DNA of 64,000 nt from Amphiscolops sp. MND2022 (Eukaryota), in contig OZ076409.1 in the NCBI GenBank assembly GCA_964187785.1, positions 87,856,001 to 87,920,000 of the forward strand, read 5' to 3'. The position numbers and the translations under genes are program-made. Below, in pieces: positions 23,911-35,330 of the stretch. Position 1 is the stretch's first letter. The number at the start of each line of letters is the position of its first letter. Below the pieces are notes generated by a model that worked only from the letters and a program-made list of their open reading frames with translations, did no database searches and was not told the origin of the DNA.

Positions 23911-25545
23911 TCGATGATGCTTGTAAAACGAGTCGTTCTGTGGAATTAGCACCAGTTTTCACTGTCTTGTTCTTTGCCGTTGGATTCTTTCTGCGTTTTA
24001 AGTTCTGTCTGCTTTTTAAGTCTGCTTTTTAAGTTCCAGGTCACTGGTCGATTATAAAAATTCAGTCACTACCTAAATGTTTCCCACTTGATATTGCCAG
24101 AAAGAATCAATATCTTTCATCCTTTGATATTATTCGTTTTCTTTCTGCTTTAGAAAACAAAAAATTTTAGTTTTAGCGAAAGAGTTTTCTCATCTTATCC
24201 CGACATTTTCTGTCTGACACAAATAAATGCAGTAAGAAAGCGGGAAAGCGAAAGTAGGAAAACTTGGTTCATTGGCTAATGTCTGTGCGTGGTGATTGGC
24301 GCTGGGAAGCAAATTATACGTGAGTTCGAATTCCGCTCTGACCTACTTTTTTCAAAAGTTCACAAAAACAGACGACCCAATAGTATCTCTTTTTGTGTTT
24401 TTGTTCCCTCTGTGTTTTTTTTCGGATTTTTTATGACGGCTCCATCGGGTTTTTGGATGTTTTCAGCCAATAAAAAGTGTTTTTTGGACGCAGAGGGTCC
24501 CCATTTTGGGTTTTTGGAATCGTGCGATTTTGGTTCCAACAACTTTTTATTTTTGTAAACTTTCATTCAACAAATTGAAGTTTTTCGATGTTTTCATTTG
24601 TGGAAAAGCGTCTTTCTAGTCTCAAATGTCTACTCTTTGGTTATTTTTGGGTACTCTGAGATTGATGAGAGTTTCTCGGCCAATGTTCTAGAGCAGTTTC
24701 GAAAGACTTTGCTCTTTATGAGTCTCAAACGGGGCGTTGACTTGGACTTTTCACAGTTTGTTTCGAATTGAACCATGGTAAAATGTAATGTTTGACGTAA
24801 AAATTTGCCTTGTAGAAGGCGCTGAAAATGCGATTTTGGAACCTTGTGTTCATGAATTTGTTATCATATTTTTAAAGATGTTTTTAGATAGTTTTTCTCT
24901 CGTTACTTTTTCTTTTTTCATCAGTTGATCCTTGGAAGTGTTCGATTCTCAACCGAAAGGCGTCTAGCTGTATACTGAAAATAACGCAGTCTCTTCTTGG
25001 TGGTCTAAGATTAACCAAGAAGCCAAGCCTAGGTCATTCATTGGGTATTTTGGCAAAAGCAATTATTTCAGTATTTTTTTAAATAAAATACCGGCCGGTC
25101 ATAGTTGCATGCTTTCCCATACAAAACGTACTGTTTTAAGGAAAGCGCTAACTTGGACCGTTCCTGACTGGTTACTGTCTCAAACTTATGATTTGTGTTC
25201 TGTATACAATATTAGGCAGATATGATTATACATTGTGGCATTATCGACCAAGGGCAGATTCGATCTGTAGAGGGTTTCAATTAAAAGGCAGGTCATATAT
25301 TTTTATATTTTGTCACTGAAAGCACCACTTGAAAAACTAATGAGGTTGTGCGTATGTTGTTCAGTAGGTTTTTTTCCATAATTTCAAAAGTGACTTTGCT
25401 AAACCACGAAATTTCTTTTTTGATGTTTTTCAAAGTATAATATATCTTTTCATTTTTCTGGGAAAAAATCAGCGTTCCATCTTTGAACTAAATCTTTTAT
25501 CGCGCCTTTTTAATTGACGCTTTGTTGACAGATTGATCAGAAAAG

Positions 25546-27604
25546 ATGGCGAATTTTTCGGACAATCCGGTGATACTTTCTACCGTCAAGACGTCCAATC
25601 TCTTTCTCACTGCTGTGGAAAGTGCCTCCGAGTATATCGAAATAGTATACGCCAGTGGATTTGGAATCACGCTGCTCGGACTGATTCTCAACTTCTTGGC
25701 TTTCGATATTTCCAAATCTGTCATCCAGCAGACCTCGAGCACTGTTTGGATGACTCATCTGGCAGTGTGGGATAGCGTATCTTTGGTCTACAATGGAATC
25801 TTGGAAATGGGACTGAGTCTTTTTGGAATCAAGCTGACGCAAGATAACGAAATTGTTTGCAAGGCGTTTGGAATTATTTGGTGGGCTACGGGAATAAACG
25901 CAGGAGCTCATTTGGTGGCTCTTGCTGTAGACAGGCGTGTAAAATGAACTATTTTTCAAAAAAATCTTGTCAGAAACATTCGAAATGCCAATTTTCATGA
26001 TAATTTAAGATTAATGACTTGAATTAAAATACAACTAAGAATAATTAAAATACATTTTTTGTGTTAACTTTTTCGGTTAAAAGGAAATGATTTTTAAGCC
26101 CCTGAAACCGTAAGTTGATTTAAATTTATATAGTTGAATTGAAGTAATTGAGTTTTTGCGATTTCGAAATGTTGAGAAAAGTTTTTGTAACAAAATACAA
26201 AACGAAAATAGATACTGAACGAAAATATACATGAAAAACTTCAACTCTATTTTTATACTCCTGGCTGTGAAAAGGGCTCTGAAAATGAGACATCCGACAT
26301 GGTACCACAAGAACATGAAGGATGAAAACATCAAAAAGATCTCAGTTGGGTTGACATGTTTCCATTTCATCATAGTACTACCAAACGGATACTTTTACAA
26401 GGTCGAAGACAATTTTTGCAGAATGCGAAGTGATAACATGTATTTGCTGAGAGCTTACCAACTGACTGGGTTTGTTATTTTCTCTCTGGGTCATTTTGTC
26501 GCAATAATCGTGTCCAATGGCTTCTTCATTCGAGAGTTGTGGCGGAAACGGAAAAGTGCGGGATCTGCTGCTAGCATTCCGAAAAATACGGACCTGAAAA
26601 CTAGGACAAATACAGCTCCAGCAAAGGAAAATGGGGCCTCCAAAAAGGACATTTCTATTCCGATGGAAGACGCCATTTTCGACTCGACTGACGTAATTTA
26701 TTGTGGACCGAACAGTTTCATCTGCACTAACTTCGCTCAGAAGAAGGAAGCCGACGAAGCTGAGAAACAAGAACAAGCCAAAGCTCAGGTTAGCGAGTCC
26801 TTGAATAAGAACAACCGAAAAACAATCAAGAAACCCAATAATGATAAACAAAAGCGTGAAAGCACGTGTCCTAGTCCAAATGTTGGAAAAGATAGGACTA
26901 AAGTGGAACAGGCAAACAACCCAGGTGAGATTACGAGAAGCCTCAAAAAAGTCAATAACACGGAACAAAAGATGGAGATTAATGGAAACCTGATGACTGT
27001 TGAAAGTGGTGTCAAGAAATACCAGGAAACCCTGAGGAGAAGTTCAGGGGCAAGCAACCTTTCTGTAAACAAGCAAGTCATCGGAAACAGTGAGTTATCT
27101 GAGGCCCCTGGAACCTCAAGTAGCAAAAAGCTGGACCAAAAAGCTGGCTCTAAGCCCTGGGCGACCAATAAAAACTCAACGCTAAACAAAACTCAGAAGT
27201 CAATGTTGACTAATGGAAGTGGCCCAGACACGCCACCGTATATAGAGGTTGACCCGCCCACTAGATGTCCTGATCCGTCTAAAGCAGTGAGAAAGGTGAG
27301 TCGAACTATCAAGCGAGCAGTGAGTCATCTTTCCCGAGAAGACTGGACTGCGTTGACCACCATTTTGTTCGTCTGTATTTGGTACCTCTTCTCCTCTCTG
27401 CTGTCAATTGTTATTCTGCACGTGACCGATTGGATGGATAACGCAACTATCACAATAAGTGAGCGAGAGTTTCTAAGAAGCGTGAGCAGACTTCTCATGA
27501 TCGTGAACAACTCTGTCAACTTCCTGTTTTACTACCGCGCCCAGTCTGTGAAGGACGCCCTCAAACGGCGGTGGTTCTATTGGACAACTTGTTGTTGTGG
27601 CTAG
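25546..27604 (+). CDS. Rhodopsin-class (class A) GPCR, peptide-receptor-like; predicted exons 25546-25934 and 26275-27604, 572 aa
   Basis: Seven hydrophobic segments: TM1 GLILN, TM2 LAVWD, TM3 C..AVDR(A), TM4 IIVLP, ECL2 Cys, TM5 AIIVSNGFFI, long polar ICL3, TM6 ILFVCIWYL, TM7 NNSVNFLFY; Cys-rich tail. Both exons are free of stops. Confidence 0.9.
25935..26274 (+). other. Predicted 340-bp GC-AG intron, phase 2, inside the DR codons
   Basis: The join AG|gcgtgt...aaaag|G restores D-R-A-L-K-M-R-H-P; the adjacent GT donors I tested give a stop or delete ICL2 residues. The interval is AT-rich. Confidence 0.65.
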
Positions 27605-27805
27605 AATTATTCGAAAAAAACTGCCAATGTTTGATCATTATTGAGAATGCATGTCTAAAATGGACCATTTTCTGATATTACCCATTCTTTTTCGTTAGTT
27701 CCCCTGCTTTCCATTATGACGCATTGGATTTTTCTATTTATGCCAAATGCGTTTGTAGTTATAAATGAGACTCCTAAATGTTATTTAGTGTAAATGATTC
27801 CGTAA

Positions 27806-28325
27806 CTCTAAATGGACGATTGGGACGATTTTGTCCCAACTAGTTTGACAAACTTCTGGAGGCACTAGCTGAACGAACGTACCGAAAAGAAAACTCTTGA
27901 AGATTTGTAGACAATATTGCATAGCATCGCACGCATTTTCACGAATTATTGACTTGATTTTCCCCTGGACCAGAAAATCGAAAAAAAACAATGAGTGCTA
28001 TTGTTTCCAGTTTCCGTTTGTTGCCACATTATCCCACTGGTATCAAGGTTGGGTCGCAGCGGCCCTAGTACGTTTTCAAACAACGAATTGCAATCAGAGA
28101 CACGAGGCGTGCAAGGTTTTGACGCAAAGTCCGAAGCCTGTGCAGCGATTGTGCCCAAAAAAACTCAGCCCCGTCGTTCAGAAATCAATTGGAAAGCCCT
28201 GCTTGTCTTCTTTCGAACGCGCTACAAATTGTTTGTCGGACTCGTACAGTTTATAAGACATTGAGGTTTAAAATTTAAGCACCAGATTTTCGGATAGCTT
28301 CGGACATTTCCTCGTCCATTTAGGG
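27806..28325. mobile_element. piggyBac-type MITE, copy 2 (inverted relative to 3445-3958)
   Basis: TIRs ctctaaatggacga / tcgtccatttaggg; flanks gtaa / ttaa; internal homology such as gcaaggttttgacgcaaagtccgaagcc versus ggctccggactttgcgccaaaactttgc. Confidence 0.85.
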
Positions 28326-28968
28326 TTAAAGGATGTCAACATTTCAATATTCAATCAGCACAATTGTAGTCCCGAGCCATCTTCACCATATCCATTTCGC
28401 ATACATGATTTTATAAATTTAACCATTTATCTTTGTATTTTCAATATTCTATATTTATATTATCGGGCCTTGAAACCTGTAAAGTTTCAATTTACGTAGT
28501 TGATTTGAATGTATATCAAAATGGATAGCATCTTAGCAATTTGTTCTGAAATAGTTTTGTACAAAGCGCCACCGTTGAGGACGACGTCACTGTGTAATAC
28601 AAAACCAGAGCCGCATATGCGGTAAAAGAGTCGGCTTAGGTCTAATTCCTTCTGACTCGCTCGAATCCCAGACATACAAAATTATTGCAATTGCACACAT
28701 AGGACCACGTTATGGTGTTGAATAATTGAAGAATATTTCGTGTGGACGGTTATTGAGAAAATCGAAAAAAAAAACGAAAAATGACTGTTTTTTGCAATTT
28801 TTGGGTCGATTTTGGCTATGTTTCTCACATCCCAGCCATATTATCATGACGCCATTGCACATATAGGATTCTAATGTGGAGTAGAATGACTGTAGAAATA
28901 TTCGTTTGAATCGTATGGACAGTTTTTGAGGAAATCGAAAAAGTCGAAAAATGACTCTCGCCCATCCC

Positions 28969-31900
28969 ACTTCTTCCGCACTTATATGGAAGGTACAGAT
29001 ATTTAATCAACAATAAAATAAATCGAGTACAAATAGAAAGAATGAAAGCGTAGACTAATTAGTTTGTACAGTCTAAGTTCGAAAGTCCTCTATATTCCCC
29101 CCTCTACTTTGGGCTGATGATTTGCCAATGGTAGTGCTGCTTTCTCCTGTGGCCATCATTTCTTCACTAGTCAATGGTTTGATGGACGGGTAACCGATTC
29201 TCACTTCTATGGTTGTCACAGTTTGTAAATGATCATAACGTCTGTATTTGGTTGGCGTGTCGGTTTATGGTGTGTTGTGGTCTCCGGCTCTGACTGACCC
29301 AGTGAACGTCCCGAGTTCAGTTTTTTCAAGGTGTTTCCTGTACTCATGACAAATTGGGTTTTTATATCTGACACTTGAAGTAGTTTTTGCCAGTGTTTTT
29401 GATCTTCGTACAGTTTTCGCTTCCTCGTTATCAGGTCAGTTTCAATTTCACTACTTGAGCTCAGGTTGCTTGCTAAGTCTAATTCAAAAGTTTCTAAGTT
29501 GGCGACTTTTATTGTGTCGAAGTGTGAGGTATTATTAATAAGTACCTTACCGTTTTCGTCCCGGATAAAGAACTCTTATTCTGCGCTTTTAGCGTCACCT
29601 ATTGCACAGTCTATTTTACTGTCCGCCATATGTGCGGTGATGATGGTCAGCGGGCCCGTACAGTCTCCCTGTGTTGGTGTCTTTCCCAGGTTGTTTTGGG
29701 GGAAATCTGGACTGAAGATGTCTCTTATTAGCCTCGGTCTGCATTGGCCGAATGTACTCTGCTTGAGTGTTCTGTTGTCCGAAGGCGCCGGTGTTTTCGG
29801 GTTTTCCAGCTCCATTGGCCGTATTGCGGCTCGCTTTCTGGGTCGATGGTTGTTATCTGTTTTTGTTTTGATGGTGACTTTGTAAATCAACTGTTTGGTC
29901 CTCGTGGTCCATTCCCGCTGTAGCTGTGTTCCTGGTTAAACTCAGCAATAGGTCCCAACTTTTCTATCGTATCGGATTTTATCAGGTTGCTTATTTCGGT
30001 GTTCAGTTTTCTACTGTACTGGAGTTCGAATGCAGATTTTCTTAGTCTCGCATGTGGTCATTTTGTCATTACTTCAAGAGACATGTCTAGAGCCTCACCG
30101 AATCGTTCTACAGCTTTGATGTTCGTTAAGAGACTTTCTTGCAATGTTTTGACTCCCCGTTCTATTAAAACTGTGTGAGTATGTATATACAGTGTCCCGT
30201 ATAAAACTTCCTACAGTGACATCCCATGAACGCAGTAGTTTTTATATTCTAATCGTTTTCGGTACGCCGTTTAACTGGACATACTGTTCAATAAATTTTA
30301 CCGCCGTTTCTCCGTCCGTAGATGTGCAGAAGCTTGCCGACGGCCTCTTACTAAACCGGTCTCCGGACCACATAGTATAGAACCGACGGTTTTTTCCGTG
30401 ATTGATTTGATGAAATCCAATTATATTTCTTCTTTTGGATTATTCAACGGTGGAAGGCTTATTGTTTCCGTACTTGGTATGTTAGGTTTATTGTTCTTCC
30501 GAACATTTTACAGGGGATGCATGTTTCGCATTTCTTTTGTTTGCCTCGGTCATTCTTGGCCACCAGAGGTGTCGCGCTGCAAGCATCATTTCATTGATGG
30601 CGGGATGTCTTTTGAGTAAATGGATGATTATGGTTGTTCAGATGTTCTTCGGGACAATGATTTTGTCTTCTAGAAAGACCAGACCGAACCGGCTTGATAA
30701 CTTCTTTTTGTGGATCTGATATTCTTCTGGTAATATCTCCTGCTGCTGGCGTTCTAAGCATACGAGTGTCTTCAGTATGTTGGGGTCTTTGGTGGTTTGT
30801 GTCATCAACAGTTGTAAATCTGTTAAGAAGTTTTACTCTGTTTCTCACACGGCCTGGTCTAGGTTCCAGTTGTTCTCATCCTCTGCTGCAATGTTCTTTG
30901 TCTTGATGATAGAATGTGGTAATCGGTCCCAACACCTCGTTAGCTGTGCGCTATACGCTTTATTAGAGCGATTCTGTTTAATAAATTGTTCCAGTGCCTG
31001 GTGGTGTATCTGTAACTTTATCGGTTTACTGTAAATTTACAGACGAAAGTGTTCTGATCACAAGACCACGTTTAACAATTCACGTTCCTTTATTGCGTAC
31101 TTTTTTTGATATCTGACAAAAATCGACTTGCGAAGCAATTTGGTTCTAATTTTCCGTCTGATTGTTTTCGCCCTCAAGTTGCACCGAGGGCTTTAGTACT
31201 GGCGTCGGTTGTTATGACGTTTGGATAATTCAAGTTTTAGTGAGCTAAACACGGTGTCTCAGGGATTTTTTGTTTGAGGTTTTCGAATGATCATGTGTGT
31301 TCTTCCGTCAATACCTAATCACTATCTTTTTTCTTCAGTAGCTGTCTCAGGCAGTCCCGTTGTGCGGATAGATCCTCAATGTATTTTGACAAATATTGAA
31401 CGGCTCGCAAAATCCGTTTTAGTTCTTTTACTGCCTTTAGCTTGTTTAATTTTGTGCCCGTTTTGATCTATTTTGGGCCAATTCATTCAATTTACGATTT
31501 GACAAGTTTGGATTTGCTTTTGCTGTTTCTTTATTTGGCGTTTTCTAGTCTAATTAGGACATCAATCTGCTCTTTCAATGTTGTTCATTTGAGTCTTTTG
31601 ATATCACAATTATGTCATCCAGCCATGCTGGATGTTTACTTTCTAATGTTTGGTCAATTTTCCGATGAAAGATTGTGGGTATATCATTAACCCGCAGAAT
31701 CCTTTCAGGAAACGGTAGTATACGGTAAAAATCCTCCGGTTACGGTAAATTTGCATAGAACCCGTGATTTTCTGAATAGTAAGAATTGTCGGTATGCGTG
31801 GTCTGAAACAAACTGTGGGGTCCAGAATTCATCAGCCGGTCCGTCTGTAAATATTTAATTTTCTTGAAATCAGCTCTCCCGTATTAAGCATTTGGACTTT

Positions 31901-33798
31901 CCTTTTTATCAAAGATTGGTTTAATTTTCGTGCGATCTTCACCGATTCATCAGTCTTTACTGTGAAAACGGCCGGGCTAACAAAGCAGTTTCCGCCTATG
32001 ATGTTTGCTTGTCGATGTGGCCCTGTTTTTTCAATTTTGCAATTTTTTTTGACCGGTTAGTGTAAATGAAGCGGTATCAGTCTTCCGTTTTGTTGTATCA
32101 GTTTTTCATCATCTTCCAGTTGTATTTTTACTTTGAAGCCCTTTACAGTGTGACTTTCGTTGAACAATTATTTGGACTGTTTTTATTTATTGTAATATCT
32201 GGATATTCTCTTACGTAAGTTAATCGTGGATTGGTTTTACCGCTATTCAACGTTATCCCCAGTTTTTTCATCTAGTTTAAACCAAGTAAGATATTTGCAT
32301 TTTTTATTGCTACCAGGATCTCCAGACGTTTTTGTTTCCTGTCTATTTCTACCATTGCCAATGTCTTGCCTACAAAAATCATTCAGTTGTCATTTACGTC
32401 GCTATATTGAATTTCTAATGGGCGTAAGGGTGTTATGTTACTGATTTGTGACTGCAGTATCGCAGTTACCGGTGATCCGCTGTCTAAAATAAATGTGATT
32501 GATCGGTTATTGATCAATGCGGTATGCGTAAAGAATTCCGGACCATTGTTATTCATTGAGCGTAATAAATGGATCTTCTGTTTTATATAATGGATTGTGT
32601 CTGGTGAGCAACCTTATTCTGCCGCACTACTTGTTTTTCGTTCCTGTATGCAGTTTTCGTTTTTATTTGATTGGCAACAGTTTTCAAAGTGGCCAGTTTT
32701 TTGCACTTTGTGCATTTCTTTCCCTTGACCGGGCATTCATGCTGTGGTGACAAACTTGGAGCTTAGCATCTGTTGCAATCCATTCTCTTGAATTCTGTCG
32801 GTTTATCCATTGGTTCTTCAATGGTTCTTGACTTTTTTGTTAAGGTAACGGATCTTCTTCTGCTCTTCTGTCTCCGGTGAGTTCAAACTTGTACACAAGC
32901 TTCGATTATTGCTTCTACCGACATATCGCTTTTTCTTGAGATCCGGCTCGCAGGTAGACTTGCCGATAAGGGACAAATAGTTTGATGCCAGAATTTCTAT
33001 CATGGCTATTTTCTCAAATTCGCAGTTTTTTCTGCTTCTAGGATCTGTTTCCAGTTATCCGCTGTGGACTCTTCGACTTCTTGTTTTGCGTCAAAAAAAT
33101 TGGCTCTGCTATGTTGAGCTTTTCTCTCTGGCGTGAAATGTAGTCGGAACAGTCAGTGTATGTAGTTTATACAACGGTAGTGAACTCAGTCGTCTCTCTC
33201 ACCGTTTTTATCAACTCCGTGATTGCGTTTTGTCCGATTGCCCAATGAAGTAGGTCCTCTATTTTTGTTTCTATTTGACCACGTTTTTATTCGTAATGGT
33301 TGATAGTTCAAAGTCTTTTGTCATATTTGTATATTGTACAAAGTTCCACCCCACATGTTTGCTTTGGTGTAGTTTTGCATTTCCAGTGTTGGAATGGTGA
33401 GCTTCTGAGTGCAAGTCCGTTCTGCCGTCCTTTCAAGTGTGTCGTTTGATTGCAGTTGTCCACTTCAGCGGGATTCCTTCGATGTCATTGTAACTTGTAA
33501 TTTGTAGCTTGTGTGTTTTTGTCGACATTTCTACTTTTTGATTCCTTTAATAGTCTGTTGTAACCTTGATAGTTACTATGAGTGCGCCATATTGTATTTT
33601 TTATCGAAGGATGAAAAAACGTTCATTGATAAATCTCAACTCATATCGTAACTCCTTTTTGTGTCACAAAGCTAGCGCTTCTTCTGCACTTGTGGCAGGT
33701 CCAGGTTGACTGAACATCAACATAACCCGAGTACAAACAGAAAGAATGAAACCGTAGACTAAATTGTTTGTACAGTCTGAGTTCGTAAGTCCTCCACA
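28969..33798 (-). mobile_element. Degenerate Ty3/Gypsy LTR retrotransposon
   Basis: 5' LTR ~33593-33798; PBS TGGCGCACTC at 33589-33580; partial 3' LTR ~28969-29094 sharing cgagtacaaa..gaaagaatgaaa..cgtagact..gtcctc; PPT ttcccccctct at 29095-29105; RT YYRFLKGF and HPAWLDD; protease, RNase H and integrase traces. Confidence 0.85.
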
Positions 33799-34369
33799 AG
33801 ATAGGTTCTCAAATTACCGCTGATGCGAACGAAATGTTTCTATTTTGCTAGCTGCGTTTTATGTTCAAGAGAGGAAACGTGCTTCGTTGAGATAACAGAA
33901 AAAACTTCAGGGAATCAGACGGTTGTGACTTCGAGCAAGTGACTTCGAAATTACAGAAGCAAGTGGACATCCGCTTGACCACTTGAATACAAACATGGAA
34001 ACTTAATTTGCTATGGAAATTTGGTATGCGAAAAAGCACGGTTTCAGGAGTGCTTATTCACCCACTGAGCGGAAAATAAAAAAGATTTTTTTCCTATCTA
34101 TCGGCAGTTTTATTAAATTGGTTTGCAGCTGAAGGGTTTTGTGAAGAGAAGTAAGTGCTGAAAAGAGCAAATAGACAGTTAGCAAAGTGGCATATGCTGT
34201 GTACCAGCAAAGTTATGATTTTTTACTTCCGGTCAGGAACAAACAAGCTAGGTTCCGGAAAATTGCCAACTGTGTTTTGACTTGATTTGCGATTATTTCT
34301 CATTAATACTAGATCAAAGGAATCTACCCAAAATGGAAAACTCGGAAAACCAATCCATTTTCTGAAGAA

Positions 34370-35330
34370 CCGTCTAAAAATATCATACAAGAAATTAATC
34401 GGAAAACTCCAACAATGAAGATTAGGACAAAGTATAAACACTCAAAGAACTCGGGTTTTAAAAGATCTGCTTTTGTAATTTACTCACGAAACTCGAAGAA
34501 ATCAAGGACGATACTCCTCTCTTACGTCAAGCGAGCAGCGAAGGCCACATTAAAAAATTATATGTACGAATTGAGGTTCGAATTCACATAGACTTCAACC
34601 ATCAAACTGGAGATCCTCAGAGAAAATCGAGAAAAAAATTCAAAGTTTCGCCAATGACAATCAATCGAACCCTGAGAAAACTGGATATCAAGTACCACAA
34701 GAGAGGGTCGCATCCTGATGCCTCAGATTATTAACTCCAACGTATCAAAAACTTGTCGGAAAAGGAAATTTCTAAACGCACTCAAAAACCACTTGTAATG
34801 GATGACAAATTTTTTTTCTTCATGCAAAATGCCTTCAAGCGTGGCACTTTATTTTGTAAATGTCGAACAAACACTTCGTGAAGCCAAAGAGTAACCTACT
34901 AAGAAAATTGAGTAAAAAACAATGATATGGTGCGCAGTTTCCAACAACAGCGTTAGTCGTTTTTACGTGGCATGAAAAGAGGAAACGTCGAACCAAGAAC
35001 GCTACTAGTCTATTGTCAAACTCTTTTCTTACCGGTTTTTGATACACAGTGTAACTAACGGTCGTGATGACTGTATTTTCTGACCAGATTTGGCACAACT
35101 CATTACCCAACTGACGTTCAAACTTGGTTAACTTCGGAGAACTTGGATTTTGTGAACCCTGATAACAACCCTCCCAACTGCTGGAGCTGGTTCCTACTGA
35201 AAACTTTTGGTCTCTTCTCAAACAATTGGTAGACGAAAAAGATTTTCAAGCAACTTCAAGGGATGATTTGGTCCAAAGAATCAAACAACGTGTCCATCTT
35301 TTTTGAAGCAGCTGACACACTCAATGAAGT
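34370..35330 (+). pseudogene. Decayed Tc1/mariner-superfamily transposase, DD37E (ITmD37E-like)
   Basis: LVMDD ~34801, WCAVS ~34930, F*PDLAQxHY at 35080-35106, NPPNCxELVPTENFWSLLKQLV at 35167-35230; 37 residues between D2 and E after correcting two 1-bp deletions. TIRs not identified. Confidence 0.75.

Noticed and set aside
26378..27189. Antisense ORFs over the GPCR
   Set aside because: Shadow frames of the real coding sequence with no motifs.
35081..35083. TGA at a conserved Trp (also 7705) suggesting a variant genetic code
   Set aside because: Both are in heavily decayed TEs; the intact GPCR exons contain no in-frame TGA.
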